Shown: piece by piece, positions 36,460-50,610 of the stretch
Position numbering within the stretch: the stretch's first letter is position 1
Layout: the number at the start of each line of letters is the position of its first letter
Origin: Lama guanicoe
Lineage: Eukaryota
Assembly: GCA_013239625.1 (NCBI GenBank)
Contig: MU056050.1
Span: forward strand, 7,083,838-7,147,837
Direction of reading: 5' to 3'
Length of the DNA: 64,000 bases
Program-made: the position numbers and the translations under genes
Notes under the pieces: generated by a model
Databases searched by the model: none
Told to the model about the DNA's origin: nothing
The model's input: the letters and a program-made list of their open reading frames with translations, nothing else

Positions 36460-37335
36460 TGTTCATAATAAGAACTAGCAGTTATTGAGCTTAGTCTGTG
36501 CCAGGAACTTAACATACATTATCTTATTTCATAATAGTATTCACACCAGAGGGTTGTTGTGGAGATTAAACGAGCTTATACACATGAAGTGCTTAGTGCA
36601 ATGCCTGGCATATAGCAAGCTATCAATAAAAGTGAGCTATTAGTATTGTTATTGTTACTACTACTACTGCTGATGCTGCTACTGCTACTACTACTACTAC
36701 TATGTTACTAGAATAAGACACAGCCAATGGCCTTGAAAAATCAAAGTTCAGGGTCTAATACCCAAAATGCTTACTAGATACAGCAAGGCAACTAGGAACA
36801 GGATAGTATTCCTGATGTAAACAATGGTCTGGAAACAACAGAAGGAGTGAAGACCAGGCAGACAACTTCCCCCGTCCTGGGGACAGGTATGACTGCTTTT
36901 GAAGTAGGGCTCCAGCAAGGCTGACTGTTTTAGTGACTAAGAGTGCATCCAGACTTGGGTTTCAGTCCTAGCTGTGTCATTCACCAGCTATATGATCTTG
37001 GATAAATCACTTAATTATTCAGAGCCTCATTTTCATACTCTGTAAAATGGGGGAGCTCATAGAACTCAGTTCAGAGGGTTGTGTGATAACACAAATGAGA
37101 TAATAATACATGTGAGGTAAAAATGGAGTGTGTGCCACCTAGTAAAGGCTGTTGGTATCATTATCCTCCCAACCACCTGCTAAATGGGTATGATTACCCC
37201 CATTTTACAGTTGGGAAAACTGAGACTCATAGGGCTTTAATAGCTTGTCCAAAGTGCAATTAATAAGCACAAGGCTAGAATTTGAACTGAGATTAATCTG
37301 TCCCAAAGCCTGTGATCTTCCTACCACTCCATGAT
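36460..37335. mobile_element. Cluster of MIR fragments with a (CTA/CTG)n tract
   Basis: ttattgagcttagtctgtgccagg; gtgcttagtgcaatgcctggcatatag; ttcagagcctcattttcatactctgtaaaatggg; ccccattttacagttgggaaaactgagactca. Confidence 0.8.
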
Positions 37336-38489
37336 GTTTCCCAGAAATACTGTTCTTATTCCAGAAATGAGAAGTACAGGGGCAGCTACTATCTTAAAAT
37401 AATAATAATAACAAACCTAAAACATCCTCCACAGTCCTTGAGGTACCCTGGCTACTTATTTCACTCTCTTTCAACTCCAGGGAAAAGGAATTGTTTGTTA
37501 CTTACATTTTGGTGGAGCAATTTTTTTTTCTCTAAAGCCTGCTTCCCCTTTTCACTAAATTAGTGCTTTTTCCATGAAACAAAGGTGTTTCTGATGTTTC
37601 AGCCTTTTCATCTCCAGCTAAACATCCACTTTCTGGCAGCTTTTTATTTTCAGGTAGATGACTGTTGCCCCAAACACAAGGGCCTCAGGTCTAACGATTT
37701 TTCTAGAGCGTCAATATCTTTGTGAGGATGATGCTAGTGCTGGACTTGGATTATATAGGAAATTCTAAATATGATATGTTCAGAAGACATGCGTGCTTTT
37801 CTCCTCTCCTACATGATGCTGCATTCACACCTTTGGCTTCAGTGTTGGTATATGGCATTGCTGGCTCTGACATCTGATAATCTCTGCAGCTCTGGTGTTG
37901 ATTCTTTTTTGGAAATAGCATGCCCTTTTAAGGTATTGCTCACATATCCCCTGTTTAGTATTGATAGCATGTGGTGTTCCTAGAGGCTCACTATCCTTAC
38001 ACCATAGAGGGGTGAATAGGAGAACATTTATCTTGCTGAACTTGGGGAGAGCAAGGGATCAGTAGGATTAATGTCTCAGGAAAATTATTGGAATTGTGAG
38101 TAGGAATCACTATTAATTTCATGGTCTGAATTTATTTGGCAGAAAATTATTGAAAGTGTATTCTGAAGATGCATTGTACTGAATACTGCAGGAATGCAAA
38201 GACATGGCCTCTGTCCTTATGGAGCATATGAGTTAATCATGGGCTAAAACAATCTTTCAAGTCTGTAGAGTTTGAATTTCCACAAGGAAAATACAGAAAA
38301 GGAAAGCAAAACTTTGTGGGGATCCACTGTCTGTGGGACCAGAGAAAGCTTCACAAAGGAATTGATGTCTGATCTGGCTCTGGCATGAAGTAGGTGCTCA
38401 AGGGGTTAGATGGATCAGATATGAGAAAGGGCATCATAAGTGGAGGGAATGGTGTGAGCAGTATTGTGCAATCAAGAACAGTTACAATG

Positions 38490-39235
38490 TCAGGATGGCT
38501 ATTATCCAAAGGAAAAGTAAAACAACCCCCACCAAAACCCCCAAAACAAAAGGTAATCAGTGTTGGCAAGGATGTGGAGAAAAGGGAACCCTTGTGCACT
38601 GTTGGTAGGAATGCAAAATGGTGCAGCTGCTGTGGAAAACAGTATGAAGGCTCCTCAAAAAATTAAAAATAGAACTGCAATATGATCCAGCAAGCTCACC
38701 TCTGTGTATTGATCTAAAGGAATTGAAAACAAGATCTCCAAGAGATATCTGTACCCCCATGTTCATTGCAGCACTAGTCACCATAGCCCACCATAGCCAA
38801 ATGGACACAACCTAAATGTCCATCAGCAGATAAAGAAAATGTGGTACACACATTAATGGAATACTATTCGTCCCTTAAAAAGAAGAAAATTTTGCAATGT
38901 GACAACATGGATGAAGACATTGAAGACATTATTCTAAGTGAAGTAAGCCAGTCACAGAAAGACAAATATTGCATGATTCCACTTATATGAAGTATCTAAA
39001 ATAATCAAAATCATAGAATCAAAGAGTGGAGGGGAGGTTGCTGGGGACTGAGGGCAGGAGGAATGGAGAGGTGATGGTTAAAGGCTACTAAGTTTGTAAT
39101 GCAAGATAAGTAAGTTCTGGAGATCTTCTGTACAAAATTGTACCTACAGGCAAAAGCACTGTATTATGCACTTAAAAGTTGTTGACAGGGTAGATCTCAT
39201 GTTAAGTGTTTTTACCAAAGTAAAATAAAAAAAAT
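38490..39235 (+). mobile_element. L1 (L1MA/MB-like) 3' fragment
   Basis: gtgttggcaaggatgtggagaaaagggaacccttgtgcactgttgg...gttgacagggtagatctcatgttaagtg...poly A. Confidence 0.88.
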
Positions 39236-42200
39236 AGAATGGTCACAATGTGTACAGGGAACAGGAAGTGGTTTAGGCTAGAGTGAAAAGTATGTGTCAA
39301 GGAGAAATGAGGAGTGAGGCTGGGAAGGAAGATCATGGCCTGGAATGCCAGACTAAGGAGTTTGCCCTTTAATTAGCAGGCATTAGGGAGCCACTGAAGA
39401 TTTTTATGCACCAGAATAATGACATAGATTTATTTCTTCGGATAGCATTGATGACAGAATTGGTAGCCAATTTTTTTAACAACAGTTGGAGAGAGGTCAA
39501 GTGAATGAGCCTGAAGAAAAAGGCCACTATATTTGGTGATCTGGATGCATCCAAGACCTCCCTCCCCAAGACTTTTGGTAGAACAGTGAGGGCAGAAGCG
39601 GGATTTCAAAGATACGAAGGGACAAGTGTGGCACTGGAAGGGAGGCAAGTAAGCCTTAGCAACTCAGGGGCCCAGGATCTGAAGGGCAGGCTTGTGGGGT
39701 CAAGCATCTTTGAAGGCAGAGAGGAAGGGGCTTGTGGAGAGGGAGACTCTGGACATGTGGTAAGGACTGGCTAATTCATATAAAGAGTTCACAAAGGAGG
39801 AGGGAATGAGATGGAAATTGGTAGAAGGGTTTTCCTTGGAAAGGAGCACTGTTTTCTTTTTCAGATATGGGATTAAAGGAAGAGAGATGGAAGGAAATGT
39901 TTTGAGGAAGAGACTGAGCCACAAGAAAAGGAAAGAGTAATAGTAACAGAAGTTTGTTCAGGTCTGCATAGAGAGCTTTACTCTCTTTGCAGAATGCTCA
40001 GAACACACTTCTCATAGCCTGCCCATCACCCAGGCTTCTTCTAACAGATTTAAGGCCTGAACGATTCTCTTCAGCTTCAGTGAGAGACAGTTGCAGTCAG
40101 CTCAGCCCTTCTCACAGTGAGTTGACACCATTTCTGGTGGGCTTCAAAGACAGTATAAATGGCTCTTGCCTGAAAGCAGGCTCCGCTTGGCACCTAGTCG
40201 GCCTCATTACACAACCAATTAAACCACTGTCACTTGAAAGGAATCCATGGCAGTTCAAGGTCTGCTTGAGTAGACTTTGCATTTCCACGTTCACACATAT
40301 TACAGTCTTACAGTCCAGGAGCTCCCAACCCACTGCAAGGAGAAGATGAAAACATGACCCTAGAAATAGGAGACTCTTTTACTTTCTCTAAGGGAGAGTC
40401 CCAGAAGATCTTACTTGTCGTTAGATGGTGGGCAAGAAGCCTTTAATCTTTCTCAAGAGAAAGGAGTCCAGGCAATTCTGCAAGCGGTGGGCAGCTCAAG
40501 CTTTTTGCTCTGTTGCACCATCTGGACACAGGCCTGCCTGTTCTCAGTGTCTGCCTTTCCTGGAGATTCTGAAGTGTGGTCCCTGGGTATTGAGCTCAGA
40601 AAGCCAAACTCTGGGTTTTCCCCATAGAAAGGCTACAACCCTCTTGCAAATATATCTTTTGGAAACTAATTTAGCTGGGTCCATGGAAATGAACTGGGAA
40701 ATGACCCAACAGAAGGACTGAAGTGGAGGAAGAGGGGACGGGGATGTGTGCCAGTTATATTCCTGCATTGGGGCAGCCACAGCGGGCCTTTTGCTTTCTG
40801 TGGGAGAATGTTGACTTTTTTGAATGCAACACACTTTCCCATCAACTTAACTGTGTTATTTAAATAAATTGCTTTGCTCTTGAGGGACCTTGTACTCTTT
40901 GGCTCTGTGAGAAGCTGGTAGATTGGAGTCAGAAGGAGCTGTCAATGTGGAATCTAATAGAGTTTCAGTGTGGGAATATTAGGGGTCAGACGCAAGCTCA
41001 CATTAGTTATCACATCTTGCCATTAGATGACATGGATATTACTATAAAGAGTAAATCTGTGGGGAGCACAAAGATGCTAGTGATAAATTGGCTAGAACAA
41101 GTAGGAGGCTTCAATATGAAAGCAAGAGCTTCTATTCAAGATGTGAACACCAAACCACTCGGCAGACTGCTCAGACGCCCTGGCTTTACTCTAACCTCAT
41201 ATCACTTTTTACTCTTTGAAATACTGTCAGGTTTGGATTATTCATTGGTTCTCTTGAAACAAGGTCAGGCCTTCTTCCTTTGTGGCCCCAGCTGACAAGA
41301 GTTCAACACCAGCGGACTAATTTTAATGCCAACTTAAACAAACTTAATTGGGGAGGTTGTTCTGCTGTCAAAAATCACCTACTGCATTCCAAAGCCAAAT
41401 TTAAAGGGCCTGTGGAGTTTCTGTTGTTTTTGTACCATCTATATTACCAATTTCCTTCTTTCTTGCAGGACAAGGCGCACAGGAGTTTATTACTATCCTG
41501 GCTTCTCCACTGACTGGCTGTGTGACCTTGGCTGAATTCCTTAATTCCTCTGAACCTCAGTTTCTATTGTGTAAGATAGAGATAATAACGGGACTTACAT
41601 CTGAGAATTATGTGGAGTGTTCAGTGAAGTGATGCATTTGGAGTAGGTGGCACAGTGCCTACCACACCGTAGGCACCAAGTAAATTATAGTTTATTGATA
41701 ACAATAATAGCCATTTAAAGCAAATATGTAGTGGCTTGGACATGAATGTTCTTTGAGGATTGATTCATTTTATTTGACCTGATTAAAGGTGCTTTGTAAA
41801 GAACAGCAAAAATGTGAGGTCAGATGAGGAATATAGTAATGTATATCCACTATCTGTCTTCTTTGCATCTGTGGGTTTCATAATTAAGATTTGAAACAAG
41901 TGAAAAGGGTGCGATCATTTGCCCTTGCTAAAATCCTCAGAACTCAAGACTGCAAAGAACTGTGTTTTATCACCCATAACTTATAACATCACTATTACTA
42001 TTGGTAATAATATATATATCTTAAAAAATATATCAAGTGATGGGACCCAGGAGCCTATACTTGGTATTAGCTAAGGAATGCATCATCTTATTTCTCTTTC
42101 ATCCATTGTGTTTTAGTGGACACATTAGAAGAATTGGCACCTGCATACGAATTCAGTCTCTTGGGCCCCTATCCTTAGAGGTTAGGTTCAGAAGGATTAG

Positions 42201-44204
42201 AAGGGGCCCAGGAATCAGAAGCACCACAGGTGATTGTGGTACCAGGGTCCAAAATCAGACTTCGAAAACCATGCGTCAGTGGGATCTGTTTTCTCCCTAC
42301 CCCAATGGCAACGCTCACCATTCCATGCTAAAAATTACTCTTCAGTCTGAGATCCCTTTGTATGCTTTTGTTGGCATAGCTTTAGAGCCCCTGTTCATCA
42401 CTACTCGTCTCCTGTAAAGATGAGTCTTTAAGCCAGGTTTGCCCTCTCCTCGTGTTACGAGCTCCCTCCTACAGCCTGCATCATTACCATAATTGTCTCC
42501 CGACTTCTGATTAGATCCAAACATGACACCAGCAATCATGTTTCATCTTCAACTTGTAATTGGATGCAATATGGTGATTATGCATCCTGATCGAAGGTCA
42601 TTTCCATGGGATAATAAATGTTCACAATCACAGTCTCCTTGGGATGTTTTTGCTTTTGCCTTATAGCTACATGTTCTATTCCAACTTCCCTTCCCCCAAA
42701 GGGAGAGTATGACATCAGCATCTGCTGCTGATTTTTCCTTAATTTTCACACACACACACACAAATCTCATTTGGTGAATCTGTTGTTAATTGGCTGCATC
42801 ATGGCTAGTTCTCCTTTGGGCTTGCTCCTTCCTCCAATAATCCCTCTAATCCTCACAGTCACTTAGAATGGAATTGGTAAAAGTGATCACTTCAATAGAA
42901 GATTGTTTTATTTTTCTCCCTCAGTACATAGCATCTCTTTCTTTTCATTTTGTCCTTCTCATGGTCTCTTCTCTCTATTAACAGAATCAGGTCCATGGTG
43001 TTCTCTCTCTCTCTCCTCTCTTTCTCTCTCCTCCACCCTCCTCTGTCTCTCCTCATCTGTAAATGTGGAATTAGCATGATACAGTTATAAGGAGCCTAGG
43101 CTTAGAAGTCACATAATCCAGTTCTGCCATTTACTAGCTATGTGAACCTGAGAAAATTATCTCACTCCTCTGAGCCCAAGATCCTTTGTCTGTAAGATAA
43201 GAATCATTGTGTTTACAGCACTTTGTACTTTGTGGTATTTTTTTGGAGAATAAATTATGCATATGAAAGCCAAGCTCAGAATAAGCACTCAGTAAATGCT
43301 GGTCATTGTTTTAATACCTACCACACAGGGATTTTTTAAAGATGAGATAATATGTCTAAATAGCTTAGAACAGAACTTGGGTACTTGCAAAACAATTAAC
43401 AGCTCCCTTCCCAGTTGCTTTTTTTGGAAAGTAGGATCCAGAATGGAGAGGAGGAAGAAATGTCATTGGATCCAAAACCAAGGCTTTAAGGATTCTTTAT
43501 AACCAAGCCATCTTGCACGAATGTGGTTAAATAGTCAAATGTTTCTAGTGTACCTGAACTAATCAGCGCAATAGACCACATTTTCCATTATTCCTTAGAA
43601 GGCTCTGTGTCTTCCTCACTGTGTGGCACTGTCCCTCTTCTGGGAACTACTACATTATATTCTGTATCACTCTCTGTGTGGGCTGCTCCGGGGCTTGGTG
43701 ATGGTTGATACAAAAATTGTCTTCGGAAATCATTGCCCACCCTCCACCTTTCTTTTCTCATTCTTTGTCTCTTTACTTTGCATAACCCTGCCAATGATAT
43801 TCAAGACTGAAGTGCTAATCCAAGTGCTGTATTTCTATGCCACCCACCATGTATTTCATTAAATTTGTTTTTTAGTTTACTTTTCACTAAATTAAGAAAT
43901 TGTGGTGTATCAGAATTTGGAGGACATTGAGAGACCATAAATCCAAGCCACTCATTTAAAGGGAATTGACACTCAGAGATATCAACTTACTTGTTCAGGA
44001 CCAGGCAGACGATTCATGACATAGCTGAAGCTAGAGGCTAAGTCTCTGACACTAATCAAGTGCTTATCCCTCTGCTTCACACTACTTTTTAAGATCTTTC
44101 TATCTCTTAAGCCATAAATTACAGACAATTCTGCTCCTTTTATCGATACCCAAGCCCACCATTTTGTTTTTTCTATTGTTTCTGGCTCCCATACTATTAT
44201 CGAT

Positions 44205-45440
44205 TGTATTGTGTCCTAACCCTCAGTTCTTCAGAAAGTGACCTTATTTGGAAAAAAGGGCCTTTGCAGAGGTAATCAAGGTAACAGTTGTTCACTAGGG
44301 TAGACTCTTATCCAGTATGACTGATGTCCATATAAAAAGGGAAAACTGGGCACAGAGACGGACATGCAAAGAGGGAAGATGGTACAAAACACACAAGAAG
44401 AAGATGGCGATGTGACTGGAGTGAAGCATCTACAAGCCAAAGAATGCCAAGAATCTCCAGAAAATGCCAGAACCTAAGAAGAGGCAAGAAGGGTTCTCCT
44501 CTAGAGCCATCAGACAAACTATGGCTCTGATGACACTTTGATTTTGAGCTTTTAGTCTTTGGAACTGTAGGACAATACATTTCTCTTTTTTTTGTTATAA
44601 TTCTAAATTTTTTTATTGAGTTATAGTCAATTTACAATGTTGTGTCAATTTCCAGAGTAGAGCACAATTTTTCAGTTATACATGAACATACATATATTCA
44701 TTGTTGCATTCTTTTTCACTGTGAGCTACCACAAGATCTTGTATATATTTCCCTGTGCTACACAGTATAATCTTGCTTATCTGTTCTACATATGCCTGTC
44801 AATATCTACAAATTTCGAACCCCCAGTCTGTCCCTTCCCACCCCCTTCCCCCCTGGCAACCACAAGTTTGTATTCTATGTCTGTGAGTCTGTTTCTGTTT
44901 TGCATTTACATTCTTTCTTTTTTCTTTTTTAGATTCCACATATGAGCGATCTCTTATGGTATTTTTCTTTCTCTTTCTGGCTTACTTCACTTAGAATGAC
45001 ATTCTCCAGGGGCATCCATGTTGCTGCAAACGGCATTATGTTGTCATTTTTATGGCTGAATAGTATTCCATTGTATAAATATACCACCACTTCTTTATCC
45101 AGTCATCTGCTGATGGACATTTAGGCTGTTTCCATGTTTTGGCTATTGTAAATAGTGCTGCTATGAACATTGGGGTGCAGGTGTCATTTTGAAGTAGGGT
45201 TCCTTCTGGATATGTGCCCAGGAGTGGGATTTCTGGGTCATATGGTAAGTCTATTCCTAGTCTTTTGAGGAATCTCCGTGCTGTTTTCCACAGTGGCTGC
45301 ACCAAACTGCATTCCTGCCAGCAGTGTAGGAGGGTTCCCTTCTCTCCACAGCCTCTCCAGCATTAGGACAATACATTTCTATTGTTTTAAGCCACTCAGC
45401 TTGTGATAGTCAGTTATGGCAGCCATAGGAAACTAATATT
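44205..45440 (+). mobile_element. MLT1 (MaLR) LTR split by young L1
   Basis: gtgaccttatttggaaaaaagggcctttgcagaggtaatcaag...ggaactgtaggacaatacatttct | L1 | attgttttaagccactcagcttgtgatag...gcagccataggaaactaata. Confidence 0.85.
44585..45363 (-). mobile_element. Young L1 3' fragment with TSD
   Basis: ORF2 C-terminus similarity (ORF 45036..45305). Perfect TSD TAGGACAATACATTTCT at 44568-44584 and 45364-45380. Confidence 0.93.
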
Positions 45441-45520
45441 CCCACCTTGGATACTCTTGGAATCCCCAAAGGGTTAATATTATTAAAGCCAGACAAATTT
45501 GTCAAAAGAACAAGAATCTA

Positions 45521-46360
45521 CCTCAAAAAACTAAAAATAGACTTACCATATGATCCAGCAATTCCACTCCTGGGCATATATCTGGAGGGAACTCTAATTT
45601 GAAAAGATACATGTACCCCAATTTTTATAGCAGCACTATATACAATAGCCAAGACATGGAAGCAACCTAAATGTCCATCGACAGATGACTGCATAAAGAT
45701 GTGGTATATTTATACAATGGAATACTACTCAGCCATAAAAAATAATAAAATAATGCCATTTGCAGCAACATGGATGGACCTGGAAATGGTCATTCTAAGT
45801 GAAGTAAGCCAGAAAGAGAAAGAAAAATACCATATGATATCACTCGTATGTGGAATCTAAAAAAAAAAAAAGAAAAAAGAGGACACTAATGAACTCATCT
45901 ACAAAACAGAAACAGACTTGCAGACATAGTAAACAATCTTATGGTTACTGGGGAAGGGGAGTGGAAAGGGATAAATTTGGGAGTTTGAGATTTGCAAATG
46001 TTAGCCACTATATATAAAAATAGATAAAAAACAAAAGTCTTCTATATAGCACAGGGAACTATATTCAGTATCTTGTAATAGCCTTTAATGAAAAAGAATA
46101 TGAAAAAGAATATATGTATGTATATGCATGACTAGGACATTGTGCTGTACACCAGAAATTGACACATTGTAACTGACTATACTTCTTTTTCTAAAATTTT
46201 TAAATTAAAAAAATTTTTGTGGGAGGAGGTAATTAAGTCTATTTATTTTATTTATTCTTGGAGGAGTTACTGGAGATTGAGCCCAGGACCTCATGCATGC
46301 TAAGCATGTGCTCTACCACTTGAGCTATACCTTCCCTACAACTATATATTTCAGTTAAAA
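45521..46360 (+). mobile_element. Young L1 3' fragment with SINE inserted at its tail
   Basis: ORF2 end and 3'UTR. TSD AAAAGA(A/G)CAAGAATCTA at ~45504 and ~46360. Confidence 0.9.
46190..46336 (-). mobile_element. tRNA-derived SINE (camelid-type)
   Basis: gattgagcccaggacctcatgcatgctaagcatgtgctctaccacttgagctataccttccc. Confidence 0.9.
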
Positions 46361-47199
46361 AAAGAGCAAGAATCTAGCATTCAAGGCTTTTCTACTTTAG
46401 ATTACACTGTATTTCTACTTGAGAGTCAAACAAAATGTCCATGGTATCAGTGTTATGATTGTTGCCCAAGCCTTCTATTGAATCTGTAAAATCATTTTAT
46501 TGTTGTTTTGTTGCTTGGACTTATTCTGAGTGTTGGATTTCTGAAGAATATTTTTTGGTTGGTGGTGCATAGGGTGGATGTGCTGGCAAGCACTGTTCCT
46601 CTAGGCATAGATATACTTTTTGTGGATTGTTTAGGTTCCCTACTTGTGTGGCACTCTCCAGATAAAGCTTTGTTCTCTTTTCTTGCTTTCAAGCCAATGC
46701 ATATGGGCCATGCTAATATAAGTTTCTTCACATTTTTGCCTTGGTAGTACAGCTGTCACTGCAATCCCATAGGACAGTGACAGGATGAAGGGATGATGTT
46801 TTTTGACCAGCATCGAAGTCAAGAAATTCATACCAATAACTGTTCTCTTCCCTATCCTGGCACTGGTGCAGTTACTAAGAATAGTCAATACACATGTAGT
46901 GGTAATCTACACAGGAAATACCTAAACCAGACCTCATGACAGATGCTTGGAAGTTTTCATAAACAGGGATCTTCATTTTTAATCTTTTAAAAAATTTATT
47001 TAAAAATTTATTATTAATTTGTAATTGAAGTATAGTTGATTTGCAATATTGTATTAATTTCAGATGTACAACATAGTGATTCAAAATTTTTATAGACTCT
47101 ACTTCATTTAAAGTTATTATAAAATATTGGCTATAGTCCCTGTGCTGAACAATATATCCTTGTAGCTTATTTATTTTATACATAGTAGTTTGTACCTCA

Positions 47200-48288
47200 G
47201 TTCTACATATGCCTGTCAATATCTACAAATTTCGAACCCCCAGTCTGTCCCTTCCCACCCCCTTCCCCCCTGGCAACCACAAGTTTGTATTCTATGTCTG
47301 TGAGTCTGTTTCTGTTTTGCATTTACATTCTTTCTTTTTTCTTTTTTAGATTCCACATATGAGCGATCTCTTATGGTATTTTTCTTTCTCTTTCTGGCTT
47401 ACTTCACTTAGAATGACATTCTCCAGGGGCATCCATGTTGCTGCAAACGGCATTATGTTGTCATTTTTATGGCTGAATAGTATTCCATTGTATAAATATA
47501 CCACCACTTCTTTATCCAGTCATCTGCTGATGGACATTTAGGCTGTTTCCATGTTTTGGCTATTGTAAATAGTGCTGCTATGAACATTGGGGTGCAGGTG
47601 TCATTTTGAAGTAGGGTTCCTTCTGGATATGTGCCCAGGAGTGGGATTTCTGGGTCATATGGTAAGTCTATTCCTAGTCTTTTGAGGAATCTCCGTGCTG
47701 TTTTCCACAGTGGCTGCACCAAACTGCATTCCTGCCAGCAGTGTAGGAGGGTTCCCTTCTCTCCACAGCCTCTCCAGCATTAGGACAATACATTTCTATT
47801 GTTTTAAGCCACTCAGCTTGTGATAGTCAGTTATGGCAGCCATAGGAAACTAATATTCCCACCTTGGATACTCTTGGAATCCCCAAAGGGTTAATATTAT
47901 TAAAGCCAGACAAATTTGTCAAAAGAACAAGAATCTACCTCAAAAAACTAAAAATAGACTTACCATATGATCCAGCAATTCCACTCCTGGGCATATATCT
48001 GGAGGGAACTCTAATTTGAAAAGATACATGTACCCCAATTTTTATAGCAGCACTATATACAATAGCCAAGACATGGAAGCAACCTAAATGTCCATCGACA
48101 GATGACTGCATAAAGATGTGGTATATTTATACAATGGAATACTACTCAGCCATAAAAAATAATAAAATAATGCCATTTGCAGCAACATGGATGGACCTGG
48201 AAATGGTCATTCTAAGTGAAGTAAGCCAGAAAGAGAAAGAAAAATACCATATGATATCACTCGTATGTGGAATCTAAAAAAAAAAAAA
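47200..48288 (+). repeat. Second copy of 44783-45871
   Basis: Identical by eye at constant offset 2417. ORF-track entries 44942/47359 and 45036/47453 are identical. Confidence 0.95.
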
Positions 48289-48712
48289 NNNNNNNNNNNN
48301 NNNNNNNNNNNNNNNNNNNNNNNNNNNNNNNNNNNNNNNNNNNNNNNNNNNNNNNNNNNNNNNNNNNNNNNNNNNNNNNNNNNNNNNNNNNNNNNNNNNN
48401 NNNNNNNNNNNNNNNNNNNNNNNNNNNNNNNNNNNNNNNNNNNNNNNNNNNNNNNNNNNNNNNNNNNNNNNNNNNNNNNNNNNNNNNNNNNNNNNNNNNN
48501 NNNNNNNNNNNNNNNNNNNNNNNNNNNNNNNNNNNNNNNNNNNNNNNNNNNNNNNNNNNNNNNNNNNNNNNNNNNNNNNNNNNNNNNNNNNNNNNNNNNN
48601 NNNNNNNNNNNNNNNNNNNNNNNNNNNNNNNNNNNNNNNNNNNNNNNNNNNNNNNNNNNNNNNNNNNNNNNNNNNNNNNNNNNNNNNNNNNNNNNNNNNN
48701 NNNNNNNNNNNN
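48289..48712. other. Assembly gap (424 N)
   Basis: Run of N. Confidence 1.
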
Positions 48713-48764
48713 ACCAGACCTCATGACAGATGCTTGGAAGTTTTCATAAACAGGGATCTTCATT

Positions 48765-49372
48765 TTTAATCTTTTAAAAAATTTATTTAAAAATTTATTA
48801 TTAATTTGTAATTGAAGTATAGTTGATTTGCAATATTGTATTAATTTCAGATGTACAACATAGTGATTCAAAATTTTTATAGACTCTACTTCATTTAAAG
48901 TTATTATAAAATATTGGCTATAGTCCCTGTGCTGAACAATATATCCTTGTAGCTTATTTATTTTATACATAGTAGTTTGTACCTCTTAATCCCCTACCCC
49001 CATCTTGCCCCTCCCTGCTTCCCACTCCCCACTGGTAACTACTAGTTTATTCTCTATATCTGTGACTCTATTTCTGTTTTGTTATATTCACTAGTTTGTT
49101 TTATTTTTTATGTTTTATCTTTTATATTCCACATATAAGTGATAACAACAGTATTTGTCTTTCTTTTTCTGACTTCATATTCACTAAGAATAATATACTC
49201 CAGGTCCATCCATGTTGTTGCAAATGGCAAAATTTCATTCTCTCTCTCTCTATATATATATGAACACTACTCAGTCATATATATATACACCACACATCTT
49301 CTGTAGCTCTTCATCTGTTGGTGAACACTTAGATTGCTTCCATATCTTGGCTATTGCAAATAATTCTGCTAA
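48765..49372 (-). mobile_element. L1 3' fragment (its first part is also present at ~46975-47198)
   Basis: ttgaagtatagttgatttgcaatattg...tccctgtgctgaacaatatatccttg...ccactggtaactactagttt...gtccatccatgttgttgcaaatggcaaaatttcattc. Confidence 0.88.
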
Positions 49373-50172
49373 CTTTTAATACTCTTGATGGTATTTTCTC
49401 AGGGCTGTATAGTGCTGTGGAAACTTAGACAGTTAATAGTTTGCTGTGGAAACTGCATTGAGGTGAAGGAGAAGAAGAAATAATGGTTATCTAGCCATAA
49501 TTAAAGCAATCAATGATGAAAATTGGTATAACTGTATAATGGGCATTAAAAATGGGTAGCATGAGGAAGAATGATAACAGCAAAGGCTTTGGCATCATCC
49601 AGTCTTGGGTTTGAATTCCGTGTGACTTTGGAAATATGACCTAGATTTACTAAGCCTCAGATTTTTTTTTAAAAAAGTGAAGCATTTGAAATATCCCCAA
49701 AGTAAAAAGAATAACATAGCAAACATAAATTCACTCATCACTAGGCATTAATATATAAAATAATTATATTTACAAATACAGTTGTAGACTCATATATGTC
49801 ATATGTACAACCACATTGGCCTCCTTGCTCCCCAACCCTGCCACTCTCCTCAGTCCCACCACACAGATACACACACACACTCAAAGCAATTAATACTAAA
49901 AACTCAAAAAGACTCTGACGTATAGAAAGTAAAATTGCTTCTGAAAATGGGAGGGTTTGGTAGAGACTCTCTTATTTCAGGGTCAATTAATATATTAAGC
50001 AAAAGATTATAAAAGGGCTTTTATAGGGAAGTTATGGATGACATTTCTACTTTTAAAATATAAATTAGAATCTTCCAGGAAAATATTAGATTTCTAGTAG
50101 GCTGCATGATTTTCTGAACATGAACAGATTAGCTGGTCCCTGTAACGAGTTCTCACTATATGCATTGGCTCT

Positions 50173-50610
50173 ATGTGGGTATGATAAGTTTCCGTATCAA
50201 CTTTGTTGGGCCACAGTACCCAGATATTTGGTCAACCATTCTGGATGTTTTTGTAAGGGTGTTTTTGGATGAGATTAATTTTTTAAATCGATGGACTTTG
50301 AGTAAAACAGATTACCCTCCATAATGTGGATGGGCCTCATCTGATCAGTTAAAGGCCTTAAGAGAACAGGGATTGGGCTTCCCTAAGAAAGAAGGAATTC
50401 TTCCTTCAGACTGTCTCTGGACCAGAGTTGCAAAATCAGCTGTTTCCTGAATATCCAGCCTGTTGGTTTACCCTACAGATTTTGGATTTACCAATTCTCC
50501 ACAATCACATAAGCCAATTCCTTACACTCTCTCTCCATTTCTTTCTCTACACACACACACACACACACCCTTTTGATTCTGTTTCTCTGGAGAATTCTGA
50601 CTAAAATGGT
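50173..50610. mobile_element. MLT2 (ERVL) LTR
   Basis: gggccacagtacccagatatttggtcaacc...ggatgagattaa...gactttgagtaaaacagattaccctccataatgtggatgggcctcatc...ttctgtttctctggagaattctgactaa. Confidence 0.85.

Noticed and set aside
48257..48970. Long ORFs containing X runs
   Set aside because: Artefact of translating the N gap.
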